DNA from: a virus
Taxonomy: Duplodnaviria > Caudoviricetes
Virus record (IMG/VR): IMGVR_UViG_3300032007_000060
Location: 18,229-82,228 of that record
DNA: 64,000 nucleotides
Direction: 5' to 3' (one strand)
Both the position numbers and the translations under genes were made by a program. This document shows positions 20,058-29,094 of this stretch, piece by piece. The notes under the pieces are model-generated. The model did not search any database and had not been told where the DNA came from. It saw only the letters and a list, made by a program, of their open reading frames with translations. Each line of letters starts with the position of its first letter. Position 1 is the stretch's first letter.

Positions 20058-20816
20058 TTAATTTGTCATACTTTCAGGCATTTCTTCATAAGGAGTACTG
20101 GAATAGCCTGCTAATTCCATAATCCATGCTAATGATAATCTGAAGGCTTTACCAGTTGCTCTGGTAATTGCCATACTGTATACAGCATGTTCTTCTTTCT
20201 GTCTACCGGCTGAAGTTGCAATAGCTTCACCTTCACCAACTTTATTTCCACGTCCATCAACTAATTCAACTTTGGCTTTGTAACCGTAACGTGATTTAGT
20301 TGGGAATGGTTCCACGCTAATGATATCTACTCTGATACCAATCATTGTACCAAGTGTACTCCAACCTGATACAGTAACGTAATTATTGTCACCAATGCGT
20401 TGAATCAAATGTTGTGATTCAAGTACTGATTTTAATGCATCTGCTACACGTGTAGCAATAACTACACGGTCTGCAACACTAATCATAGGATTTAAAACAT
20501 CCGCATCAATCAGTTGATTTTTCCTTTCTGGGACTTGGATCAACTCACCCTGTTCATCAAGGTTGTTTTTAACATGTTCTTCAATACTGTCATCAAGAAC
20601 AGCATCAAATATTTCCTCATCAGACGGGTCATGTTCTGTGATTACTTCAACTTTTGCCCCACCAGTCTCACTAAAATCAATTGTGTCTTTATGCAATTGT
20701 TTTTCCTCTTTAACTTCTTCGACAATGATTTCATTGTCAGATTTTTCATCTACAGTAAAATCACCCATTTCTTCAAGGGTGTTTTGTACAGTTGTTGGTT
20801 CTTCTCCCATACCCAT
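20058..20816 (-). CDS. putative single-strand annealing/recombination protein
   Basis: NYVTVSGW...YKAKVELVD...GEGEA...SMAITRATGKAFR resembles phage SSAP-type domains; acidic N-terminus. Confidence 0.45.
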   Translation of the reverse strand: MGMGEEPTTVQNTLEEMGDFTVDEKSDNEIIVEEVKEEKQLHKDTIDFSETGGAKVEVITEHDPSDEEIFDAVLDDSIEEHVKNNLDEQGELIQVPERKNQLIDADVLNPMISVADRVVIATRVADALKSVLESQHLIQRIGDNNYVTVSGWSTLGTMIGIRVDIISVEPFPTKSRYGYKAKVELVDGRGNKVGEGEAIATSAGRQKEEHAVYSMAITRATGKAFRLSLAWIMELAGYSSTPYEEMPESMTN

Positions 20817-20819
20817 GAT

Positions 20820-21185
20820 TTATTCCTCCATTAAAATTTCTTCCTCTTCACGAATCAAAGGAGTTTCAGACTCCAAAATTTGATAACAATAAAATTCTAA
20901 TACGATTCCTTGCGGTAACTCTTCCACATCATCTGCTAATCTCATTTTACCTTTGAGATGAGCTACAAGCAATACATCATTTGGTCTTAAACTAATATGC
21001 TCAGGATTATAATCAACTCCAAGAATCTTTGCAAGATTCTCTTGATTGATGCAGGAATGAGCGTCATAACATAAGAATTTAAATTCTTCTTCAGTTAATT
21101 GATGACAACGCATATCCCAATCCTTAATTGATACCATATTAGGAGACCATGAAGTTCCTATAAATTTCATAAAAAAATTCACCAT
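20820..21185 (-). CDS. DUF1874 (STIV B116 / AcrIII-1 ring-nuclease-like) protein, active site divergent
   Basis: SWSPNMV...LTEEEF...SCINQENLAKILG..YNPEHISLRPNDVLLVAHLKGKMRL follows the family's FSLNM...S.IGH..TA..L...NR..I.L..GD..LV....RL pattern. Confidence 0.55.
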   Translation of the reverse strand: MVNFFMKFIGTSWSPNMVSIKDWDMRCHQLTEEEFKFLCYDAHSCINQENLAKILGVDYNPEHISLRPNDVLLVAHLKGKMRLADDVEELPQGIVLEFYCYQILESETPLIREEEEILMEE

Positions 21186-21379
21186 CCTATAACTTGATCC
21201 ATAACAAGTTTCTCTTCACCTTTGAGATTAGCAGTTTTTGCTGCTAATCTTTCATCAAAGGTTAACCCATCTACTGGGTTTCCGTTTTCATCGAGTTCCT
21301 GGTTACTGTCCCAGCAACTGATAATCAGTTCAGTCATGTCATCGCATGCCTTTTTAAATTTGTCACTCATATTAATCAC
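21179..21379 (-). CDS. hypothetical protein
   Basis: 66-aa ORF. Confidence 0.5.
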   Translation of the reverse strand: MINMSDKFKKACDDMTELIISCWDSNQELDENGNPVDGLTFDERLAAKTANLKGEEKLVMDQVIGW

Positions 21380-21389
21380 TCAATTAAAA

Positions 21390-21659
21390 TCATATTATCT
21401 TGTCCATATGATTATAGACAAGACCACTGTCCACAGCTGAAGGGCCAATGCTGACTATGGCCACTACAAGTACAATAATGAATAATCCTAAAAAGAATAA
21501 TCCTAAAAAAATGTAGGAATATTTCTTTAAAGTACAATTCAGTTTCTTAAGATGATCTTCACGTGTTGGTTTTTTCCTGAGGTCATGAACTGGTTGTACA
21601 GTTCTTGCACCTACAAGTAACACAATTAACATTTGGATAAATTGGAATATTGGGTTCAT
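21390..21659 (-). CDS. membrane protein
   Basis: two hydrophobic segments. Confidence 0.55.
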   Translation of the reverse strand: MNPIFQFIQMLIVLLVGARTVQPVHDLRKKPTREDHLKKLNCTLKKYSYIFLGLFFLGLFIIVLVVAIVSIGPSAVDSGLVYNHMDKII

Positions 21660-21841
21660 ACTTCCACCTCTTTACAGTAATCCATCATTACAAGATGACC
21701 GGATACAGATTTGCATAATGCAAAATCCCCATTACCTGCATTGTTGCAGAAATTATTCTGTTTTTTTGCAGCTTCAATTCCTCTGTCTGTTTTCACACAG
21801 ACAAAGGATTTTTCTGTTCTGACAATTGGTAACCATTTCAT
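21656..21841 (-). CDS. hypothetical protein
   Basis: 61-aa ORF, coupled. Confidence 0.5.
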   Translation of the reverse strand: MKWLPIVRTEKSFVCVKTDRGIEAAKKQNNFCNNAGNGDFALCKSVSGHLVMMDYCKEVEV

Positions 21842-21842
21842 A

Positions 21843-22349
21843 TTACCACCATACCTGTGGATTTGACCTTATAATTTCAAGGTTTTCCTCAAAATTAGTC
21901 ATGTCATCTAAGAGACTAGGACATAAAAGTACGGATTCTGTTAAAGATGTTGTTGATACGCTGTATCTTTGTAAGAATTCAATTTGATTCTTATCATTAC
22001 CCATTCCACGTAAAAATTCGTATACTTTAACTTTGGCTTCATGTCTTGGTAGTTCTCCATCACGGATTGCTTCAAGTCTGTCGACTTCCCATGTGAGTTT
22101 GCTGATTTTTTCTTCCAATCGGAAGAATTCATCTTTAATGTCAGCAATTCGTGGGTCATCGAAGTTGACTTGATCCATTATCCATCTTGGGTAACTGCTG
22201 ATTGTATCTTGGACTCTGTATCCTATTTCTGCAGCTAAGTTATCTCTTTTGAGATTTAATGCTTTGAGAGTGGAACGTTTTTGTTCTAACTCTGAAACTT
22301 TACGGATACTTGCGGTTTCCATTTCAAAAATAGTGTTGAGGGATGACAT
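21843..22349 (-). CDS. hypothetical protein
   Basis: 168-aa ORF. Confidence 0.6.
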   Translation of the reverse strand: MSSLNTIFEMETASIRKVSELEQKRSTLKALNLKRDNLAAEIGYRVQDTISSYPRWIMDQVNFDDPRIADIKDEFFRLEEKISKLTWEVDRLEAIRDGELPRHEAKVKVYEFLRGMGNDKNQIEFLQRYSVSTTSLTESVLLCPSLLDDMTNFEENLEIIRSNPQVWW

Positions 22350-22351
22350 TT

Positions 22352-22762
22352 TTAGTCATCCTCCAGGTAACTGCCCATTGCATTTACAAGTTCGTTTTCA
22401 TATTTTTCACTTGCTGATTCTGCTGCTAAGAATTCACGTAGTTCCTTGTCGATTGGTTCCATGGTGTAGCCAAGGAAATGTACATTGTCGTCAAAGAGTT
22501 TTGTGACTTTCATGCCTGCGAGTTCTGCTAACATTGCCATGAAGTTTTCAGTATCGGCTTCAGCATCGTCAGGTTTTTCCGCTACGCATAATCTGGAGAA
22601 ACCAGCATATGAATCTTCAATGTCGATTGGTGCATTGCTTACTTTTCTTGCTTCTTTGATTGCGTCTGGTATTTCGTATGCTGCACCGATGGTTTGATCT
22701 TGTTCATCAACAACATGGAATTTGCTATCGTTTTGGAATTTTAAAAAGAGTTTGGAGGACAT
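22352..22762 (-). CDS. hypothetical acidic protein
   Basis: 136-aa ORF. Confidence 0.6.
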   Translation of the reverse strand: MSSKLFLKFQNDSKFHVVDEQDQTIGAAYEIPDAIKEARKVSNAPIDIEDSYAGFSRLCVAEKPDDAEADTENFMAMLAELAGMKVTKLFDDNVHFLGYTMEPIDKELREFLAAESASEKYENELVNAMGSYLEDD

Positions 22763-23095
22763 TTATTGTTCCTCCTTAAAGTAAGTGGTTCTGCCAAGTG
22801 TTGTTACAGGTTGAATTCCTGGGATAATTGTTAATCCCATTTGTTCTGCTAAATGACACATTCCATTAAGACAGGTGTCCCAGTCAATTTCAATAGTTCC
22901 AGTTACAACATTGTCTTCACCAACAATAAATCCGATTTGTTTGTTAAATTTGAACATATTGGTTGGTTTGAATTTGTTGCAAACTCTGTATACTATGAAG
23001 TCTGCTCCTTTAATGTTAACATCAAAGGAACGAATAGTGCCGTCTTCGTTAAAATTAGTACCTGTTACTTGGTAGTCTTCAGGGTGGTAATTCAT
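22763..23095 (-). CDS. hypothetical protein
   Basis: 110-aa ORF. Confidence 0.55.
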   Translation of the reverse strand: MNYHPEDYQVTGTNFNEDGTIRSFDVNIKGADFIVYRVCNKFKPTNMFKFNKQIGFIVGEDNVVTGTIEIDWDTCLNGMCHLAEQMGLTIIPGIQPVTTLGRTTYFKEEQ

Positions 23096-23097
23096 GT

Positions 23098-23388
23098 TTA
23101 AGCACCACCTAATAAAGATTTAGCTAATGCATGTCCTGCTTCTTCTTGAGCTTCAGGAGATAAGTCCCAAAGTGTTACGTTTTGTAACTTTTTAGTTAAA
23201 GCAAGGTTTTTAGCTTTGAATCTACGGTTTTCTTCTTTTAGTTCTTCAAAAATAGATTTACATTCATCATATTTGATTGCTTTATCAAATAGGTGGAGTA
23301 ATCTTTCTTCGTCTCCGATGGCTTTGCCATCTATATATAATTTCTGATTTTTTATTTCTAACAATTTTATCACCTTGTGAATATTCAA
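23098..23388 (-). CDS. hypothetical protein
   Basis: 96-aa ORF. Confidence 0.5.
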   Translation of the reverse strand: MNIHKVIKLLEIKNQKLYIDGKAIGDEERLLHLFDKAIKYDECKSIFEELKEENRRFKAKNLALTKKLQNVTLWDLSPEAQEEAGHALAKSLLGGA

Positions 23389-23408
23389 GGCGAGTAAAAA
23401 CGGTTTTT

Positions 23409-23717
23409 TTATTGAGATAATTTTTCTTTTAATTCAGCAATTTCCTTTTTAAGTTTAATGTTTTCTTCAACAATTGAATCAAAAGAAGTAATATCTCTGT
23501 TCAGATTGTGTCTAAATCTACTTTCCCTATGGAATCTATTAGCATTAACCTCAGATTGAAGTTGTCTGTTCTTTCCAGATAATCTATAAATAGAATGTTG
23601 TAAATCTTCAATATGTTGATTTAAAAGAGACACTTCATGTTTTAATGCTGCATTATCGTCGCATAGTTTAATGAAAGATTCTGTATCAATTTGAACATAT
23701 TTAGTATCTTTGACCAT
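23409..23717 (-). CDS. coiled-coil protein, first gene of the leftward early operon
   Basis: 102-aa ORF with RBS. Confidence 0.6.
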   Translation of the reverse strand: MVKDTKYVQIDTESFIKLCDDNAALKHEVSLLNQHIEDLQHSIYRLSGKNRQLQSEVNANRFHRESRFRHNLNRDITSFDSIVEENIKLKKEIAELKEKLSQ

Positions 23718-23800
23718 TTTATACTTCCTTGTAGGTTTTCAAGAATTTCAATCGTACTGGGAATACGAATGCAATTCTAATAATAGATTAGATTTAATAG

Positions 23801-23846
23801 TATATAAATGTAACTACTGTAACTATCATAACTATTATAACTATGA
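23801..23846. promoter_or_regulatory. TATA box followed by four 9-bp-period TAACTA repeats (operator candidate)
   Basis: TATATAAA at 23801; TAACTACTG TAACTATCA TAACTATTA TAACTATGA at 23811, 23820, 23829, 23838, between divergent genes. Confidence 0.55.
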
Positions 23847-23864
23847 AAGAACAAATAGTATACT

Positions 23865-24038
23865 ATGAAATATACTAGTAAAGTTAATTATGCCAACAAG
23901 AATAACACTACTCTTAAAGCAGTCATTCCCGCCGAGATTGCAGAAACATTAGGGTTATCTGCAAATGATACTATAAAATGGATTGTAAAAAAAAATGAAG
24001 AAAATCCAATAGTAATTATTGAAAAATTAATATTGTAA
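23865..24038 (+). CDS. AbrB/MazE/SpoVT-family DNA-binding protein (57 aa, not in ORF track)
   Basis: MKYTSKVNYANKNNTTLKAVIPAEIAETLGLSANDTIKWIV: swapped-hairpin signature (IP..I...LGL...D.I.W). Confidence 0.75.
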   Translation: MKYTSKVNYANKNNTTLKAVIPAEIAETLGLSANDTIKWIVKKNEENPIVIIEKLIL

Positions 24039-24682
24039 TATGATTATTCTAACACCTTTTTTAATTAATCCTTTTTGAAAAAACAAGTTAATTTAGTTCA
24101 GATAGCTATCGCTAACATTGTAAAACTTCGCATTCTGTCTGCGACTATTTTAAATTTTCTTATATATCTTTTGAAAGATAAACAAATATTTAAATAGTAT
24201 TTGAAACATAAATATCTATTGGTTATAAGAATCATTTTATCCTTGTAGGTTAACTTGTTTTTTAATAACCAGTGAAATAAGATATTGAGGTGCTGGGAAC
24301 GCCTATGAAATATCTTTGTTTCACGAATTATGTATTTATTAAATTTATTTTTTCCAACATTTATAATTTTGTTTTACAATATATTTTCATGAAATTCTAT
24401 TGTAAAATTTCACCACTGGTGAATGGTGATCTATATTCTGTGAGATGATTTCATTAGTGGTTAATAATAGATTAGTCAAATGAATATATAAACCTTTTTA
24501 TTTAATTAAAATAAACAATATTTAATAAAATTTATTATAAAATAGTTAATTGTCTACTGAAAATCGAAAAAACACATGGCTTATAGATACAAAAAATCCA
24601 TGAAAAAATAGTAAAATGTATAAAAAAAAATTTACAAAAAAAATAGTGAAAAAATAAAGAAAAGATGAAAATAAGAAACTAA

Positions 24683-25780
24683 TCATTCCATCTTTAAATA
24701 TTCATTTACAACACTTAAAATACGTTCTTTATGATTATAAATTTCAGAAACATTTTCAATATCTACCTTCTCACCTTTCTTACCGCCGTTAGATGTAAGA
24801 GTAATTTCATCGTAGAATTCAACACGTAGATGATCTTCATTATTGAAATAAAATCTCACAATTGGATATCTTTGATTGTTGTCGTATAAGATATTGCAGT
24901 AATGTTTCCTGTCACGAATTGCTACTTTATCCGGATCAACAATTTCAGAAGCAATAGACCTGACAATGAAATAACCTTCCTTCTCAATATCAGTAGTGAT
25001 AATTCCATCTTCAGAAATAATTTCTTCTTCAGCTTCGATATTATTATTGTCTTCCTGCTCTTCCTCATTACTTGCCACAGCATTTGCTAATGTTTTGTTG
25101 ACTCTTTCGTTAATGATTTCATTAATTGCAATGCTAATGATATTTCCGAATTTTTCTTTTATTCCAGGAGTTAGCTTTCCATCGTAAACTTGGCGCCCTA
25201 TTGCTTTTATGAAATCATCGGTTGGATTTTCAAATTCTGACAATAAAGTTTTTTTAATTGAGTTACGATATTTAAGGTTGTCTGCTCTGGAAACAACTTC
25301 ATCAATGTCAAAGTTAACTTTTTTGAATTTTTCAAGTTCTTTCATATCTTTTTTGGTTAGGTTTAACAGATCAATGTCGAGGAATGGTTTTTCATCCATT
25401 CTGTTGTTGTCTTCTCCGGTTGTGAAGAATTTGTATTCTACTCCATTTGTGAGGATTCCTATTTGGATGTCTGTTATGCTGAAGTATCTGTATAGTTGTG
25501 AGATGTTGTCTGTGGTTAGTTCATTGGATGCTGATTTGCATTCGATGAATACTAATGGTTCTCCGTCTTGGAGGATTGCAAAGTCTACTTTTTCTCCTTG
25601 TTTTGTTCCAACGTCTGCGGTGTATTCGGCTTTTACTTCTGCAGGATTTGTTGTATCATAACCCATTAATCGTAAGAATGGAGTTATTAATGCGATTTTA
25701 CTTGTTTCTTCACTGTCTATGTGTTCCAGTTTGTTTGGAATTGTTTTTGAGAATTCTTTTATTTCATCTTCAAAAGTCAT
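24683..25780 (-). CDS. type I restriction HsdR N-terminal (HSDR_N) domain protein
   Basis: SEETSKIALITPFLRLMGYD...AEYTAD..KQGEKVDFAI...FIECK...QLYRYF...ILTNGVEYKFF (PD-(D/E)xK nuclease). Confidence 0.8.
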   Translation of the reverse strand: MTFEDEIKEFSKTIPNKLEHIDSEETSKIALITPFLRLMGYDTTNPAEVKAEYTADVGTKQGEKVDFAILQDGEPLVFIECKSASNELTTDNISQLYRYFSITDIQIGILTNGVEYKFFTTGEDNNRMDEKPFLDIDLLNLTKKDMKELEKFKKVNFDIDEVVSRADNLKYRNSIKKTLLSEFENPTDDFIKAIGRQVYDGKLTPGIKEKFGNIISIAINEIINERVNKTLANAVASNEEEQEDNNNIEAEEEIISEDGIITTDIEKEGYFIVRSIASEIVDPDKVAIRDRKHYCNILYDNNQRYPIVRFYFNNEDHLRVEFYDEITLTSNGGKKGEKVDIENVSEIYNHKERILSVVNEYLKME

Positions 25781-25968
25781 AGTTTCACTCCATGAATTTT
25801 TTTTATTGTATCAGTATGTATTATGTTTATTGTTTGTGAGTATAAATAGTTAATAGAATTTTCTATTGGATGTGATGCTGCATTGTTGTTGAATAGAATA
25901 ATATTAATTATAGTATAAAAAGTATTACTCTATTTTTGAAAAAAAATAATTAGAAGAAAAAAATAACA

Positions 25969-26784
25969 CTATTTCTTCTTAACAACAATCTTAGATGACT
26001 TCTTAATCAAATACTTACTATCAGCACTACTAATCTTAACTTTATGAGTACCAACTTTCAAGGATTTTGTACTTAACTTCGCAACACCTTTTTTGTTAGT
26101 AGTTAACCTATATGTCTTAACCTTTTTACCAGTCCAAACCTTAACATTCAACTTCAAACCTTTCACCAATTTATTACCATTTTTCACAGTAACCTTGAAA
26201 AACTTCTTGGCCTTAAATTTCACCTTAACAACAGGTGCTTTCACAATAGGTTTGATAACTTTTGAGGTCCCACTACCTGAAGTGGATGGAATATTTTTTT
26301 CCTGAACAGTAATTTGAGTATACTTACTAGTTACACTATCACCATACACATCAATTTCAACACCATGAACACCAACAGGAATAACAGGATTATTAATCTT
26401 AACAACACCCATACCATTACTGTCAGTTGTACCATAATATGAACCAATAAAATCTTCACCAGCTTGATAACCAATAATTACCTGAAAACTAGCGCCACTA
26501 ACAGGTTGATTGTTATTGTGAACCTTGAAAGTATACTCATATTCCTGAGTAGTATACTCCTTAGTAACCGGATCAACCACAATAGTATTCTCATCATCAC
26601 CAATTATTTCAGATTCACTTTCACTTATTACACTATTATCCTCTGCAGAGAGTATGTTCTCATTAACTTCTTGATTAGTTACCACATCATCAGCGATATT
26701 TTCACTTGCAGCAACTTGACAAACTCCTAATGTTAAAATAAACAACGATAAAATTAATAATAATATCTTCTTATCATGTTTCAT
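25969..26784 (-). CDS. secreted adhesin-like protein (Methanobrevibacter type)
   Basis: signal peptide, Ig-like middle region, Lys-rich C-terminal FKVTVK...GLKLNVKVWTGKKVKTY.LTTNKKGVAKL..KSLKVGTHKV domain. Confidence 0.7.
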   Translation of the reverse strand: MKHDKKILLLILSLFILTLGVCQVAASENIADDVVTNQEVNENILSAEDNSVISESESEIIGDDENTIVVDPVTKEYTTQEYEYTFKVHNNNQPVSGASFQVIIGYQAGEDFIGSYYGTTDSNGMGVVKINNPVIPVGVHGVEIDVYGDSVTSKYTQITVQEKNIPSTSGSGTSKVIKPIVKAPVVKVKFKAKKFFKVTVKNGNKLVKGLKLNVKVWTGKKVKTYRLTTNKKGVAKLSTKSLKVGTHKVKISSADSKYLIKKSSKIVVKKK

Positions 26785-27172
26785 TTTTAATCACCACTAA
26801 TATACTATTCTGATGAAGATATTATATTAAATTTATTCATAAAAAAACGTTAAAAAAAAGGGGTAGTTTAACCAGGAAAATAGGGCATTAAAATAATTTT
26901 TTATTCTTTTATTTTTAAATTAAATGGAGAGAATATTCTATTTTTTTCTGTATATTTATTCATGTGATTTTTGAGTGAAACTATAATAAAAAACACAGAT
27001 TTACAGTTCTCTCTGAGTATAAAGAAGAGCTTTATTAAGAAAAAAAAATATTTTATTTCCTCCATTTAGATAAAAAAATAAAGAATTTTATTATTTTTTT
27101 TCATAACATCTTCTTTTCCTGGTTAAACATTAATTTTATTATTTCTTTTACTGTATTGTAACAAATGAAATT

Positions 27173-28363
27173 TTATTTTTCACTTATCCTTTCAAGAATA
27201 CTTTCACGAGTAACTGGTTTGTCATCTATCTCATCCAATCTTTTTTCAATAACATTCATACGAGATTCCATTTCCTTAACTTCAGACTCTTTCTCATGAT
27301 ACTTAACTTCCAACTCTTGATATTCTGGACTCTTAATATCAATATTATTAACATTTTTCTCAATAAGCAAACATGGGAAATGCTCAACATATTTTTTCAA
27401 AAGTACAGTTGGATCATCTAAAAAATAAGCTGCTCTTGTAGTTGACTTGGTTCTGCCTTGCAGCGCATCAATATCAGATTCACTCATACCAGATTTCCTG
27501 AGATGATTTGAATGAAATTTACGCATCATGTGACTGCGGAAACGATTAAAACCATCACTTGCTTGACCAAAGTTAAACTGGTCATTGTACCGGTAATATG
27601 CAACTGGAATGTAGTTTTCTTCTTTGTCAAACAATTTATCATCGTCTGATAAATTAATAAGTTTCAAGGTTCCGTCTTCAAGTGTTTCTACACGGTCTGT
27701 TAAAAGATATTCAACAATTTTATCAACTGCTTCTGGAGTGCAGAAAGTGTAATAATATTTATTGGTTTTTTCTCTTTTCAGTTTAAAAGTAGGAATAACA
27801 TTGTCTAAATCTTTTAAGATTAGTAATGCTTCGATTATATCGTTTTTTCTATGGAATGGGTAGGTTGCTTTTTTGAATTGACCTATAGTCATTTCGATTG
27901 TTTCTTTTCTTGCGCATCCGGTTGATATTTGGAATATTAATACTGCTTGGAACCATAGTGGTGCAACGTGTAATACTTGGCTTATTTCTTTGTGTGTTAA
28001 TAGTTCGTCGAAAGTTACTTCCCCGGGGATGTGGAATCCCCGTGGGTTAACTTTTGTTAAGTCTCCTATTTCGATTTCAAAGTATTTGTATACTGCAATT
28101 ACTTGTGTGAAATATGTTGATACTGTATTTTTTTTGTAGTTTTGTATTAGGTAGTTTCTGAATTGCAGTAGTCTTTTTTTTAGTGTTCTACGTTTCCATC
28201 TTACTCCTTTTTCTTCTTCTGTTTCTGCTTCGTCTATTAATTCTTCCATTGTTAAACCATGGAATTTTGAGTATTTGTTTATTGCTCTGGTGTAGATTTC
28301 ACGTGTTTTTGGATCATGGTTTTTTACTAGGAAGAATTCTTCGAGCAATTCTTCGTTTCTCAT
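27173..28363 (-). CDS. tyrosine recombinase/integrase A
   Basis: STGCARKE, KREKT, RSHMMRKFH, LQGR, terminal AAY catalytic Tyr. Confidence 0.9.
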   Translation of the reverse strand: MRNEELLEEFFLVKNHDPKTREIYTRAINKYSKFHGLTMEELIDEAETEEEKGVRWKRRTLKKRLLQFRNYLIQNYKKNTVSTYFTQVIAVYKYFEIEIGDLTKVNPRGFHIPGEVTFDELLTHKEISQVLHVAPLWFQAVLIFQISTGCARKETIEMTIGQFKKATYPFHRKNDIIEALLILKDLDNVIPTFKLKREKTNKYYYTFCTPEAVDKIVEYLLTDRVETLEDGTLKLINLSDDDKLFDKEENYIPVAYYRYNDQFNFGQASDGFNRFRSHMMRKFHSNHLRKSGMSESDIDALQGRTKSTTRAAYFLDDPTVLLKKYVEHFPCLLIEKNVNNIDIKSPEYQELEVKYHEKESEVKEMESRMNVIEKRLDEIDDKPVTRESILERISEK

Positions 28364-28984
28364 GTTTTATCTCTCTATGTGTTATATTTATATAAAGTAT
28401 TAGAGAGAGCATTTGATAAGTAATGTTTATCATATTTTTGGACATATGGTATATATATTATTGGGAATATGATAAACTATTGTATGTGCTTTTTTTGTTT
28501 ATCATATTCGTGGTAGTATAGTATAAATATTGTTCGAAATATGATTAACTTTGCTTCTCTCTAACGGTTGTATTTTTTGTGTTTTGAGAGATAAATAGGT
28601 AATTATACAGTGATGTACTTTTTTGTACATCATTGTTTATCATTAACAATTGTTATACTACGCATTAGAAATATATAACACATGATATAAAAACATTATG
28701 ATTTCAAAATCAACATCTTACCCGAAAGATCAACTTCCAACTTATCAACAATAACATGAGAAATACCATCCTTATCATGATACTCCACACTAAAATCATC
28801 AGGCAACTTATCAACAAAATCCTTTAAATCTCCAATAGTCAAAACTGTCATGTATTATATATTATAAAAATAATCCTAATAAACATGTTGAAAAACCATC
28901 ATGAGGATTAAAAAAAAAGTAAAGTTTAAGACCTAAATATACCTCATGATGAAAATTCAACTTTAAACCATCACCAAATAGAAT

Positions 28985-29009
28985 TCAACCTACGTACCAG
29001 GTAGGTTGA
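28985..29009. repeat. perfect 9-7-9 inverted repeat, att/recombinase core-site candidate
   Basis: TCAACCTAC GTACCAG GTAGGTTGA between the two recombinase genes. Confidence 0.45.
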
Positions 29010-29094
29010 CAATTAATACTATCCTCCTTAACCTATATAAATAAAGTGAGAGAGAGCATTTGAAAAGTATTCATAAACAATAAATAATAATATT

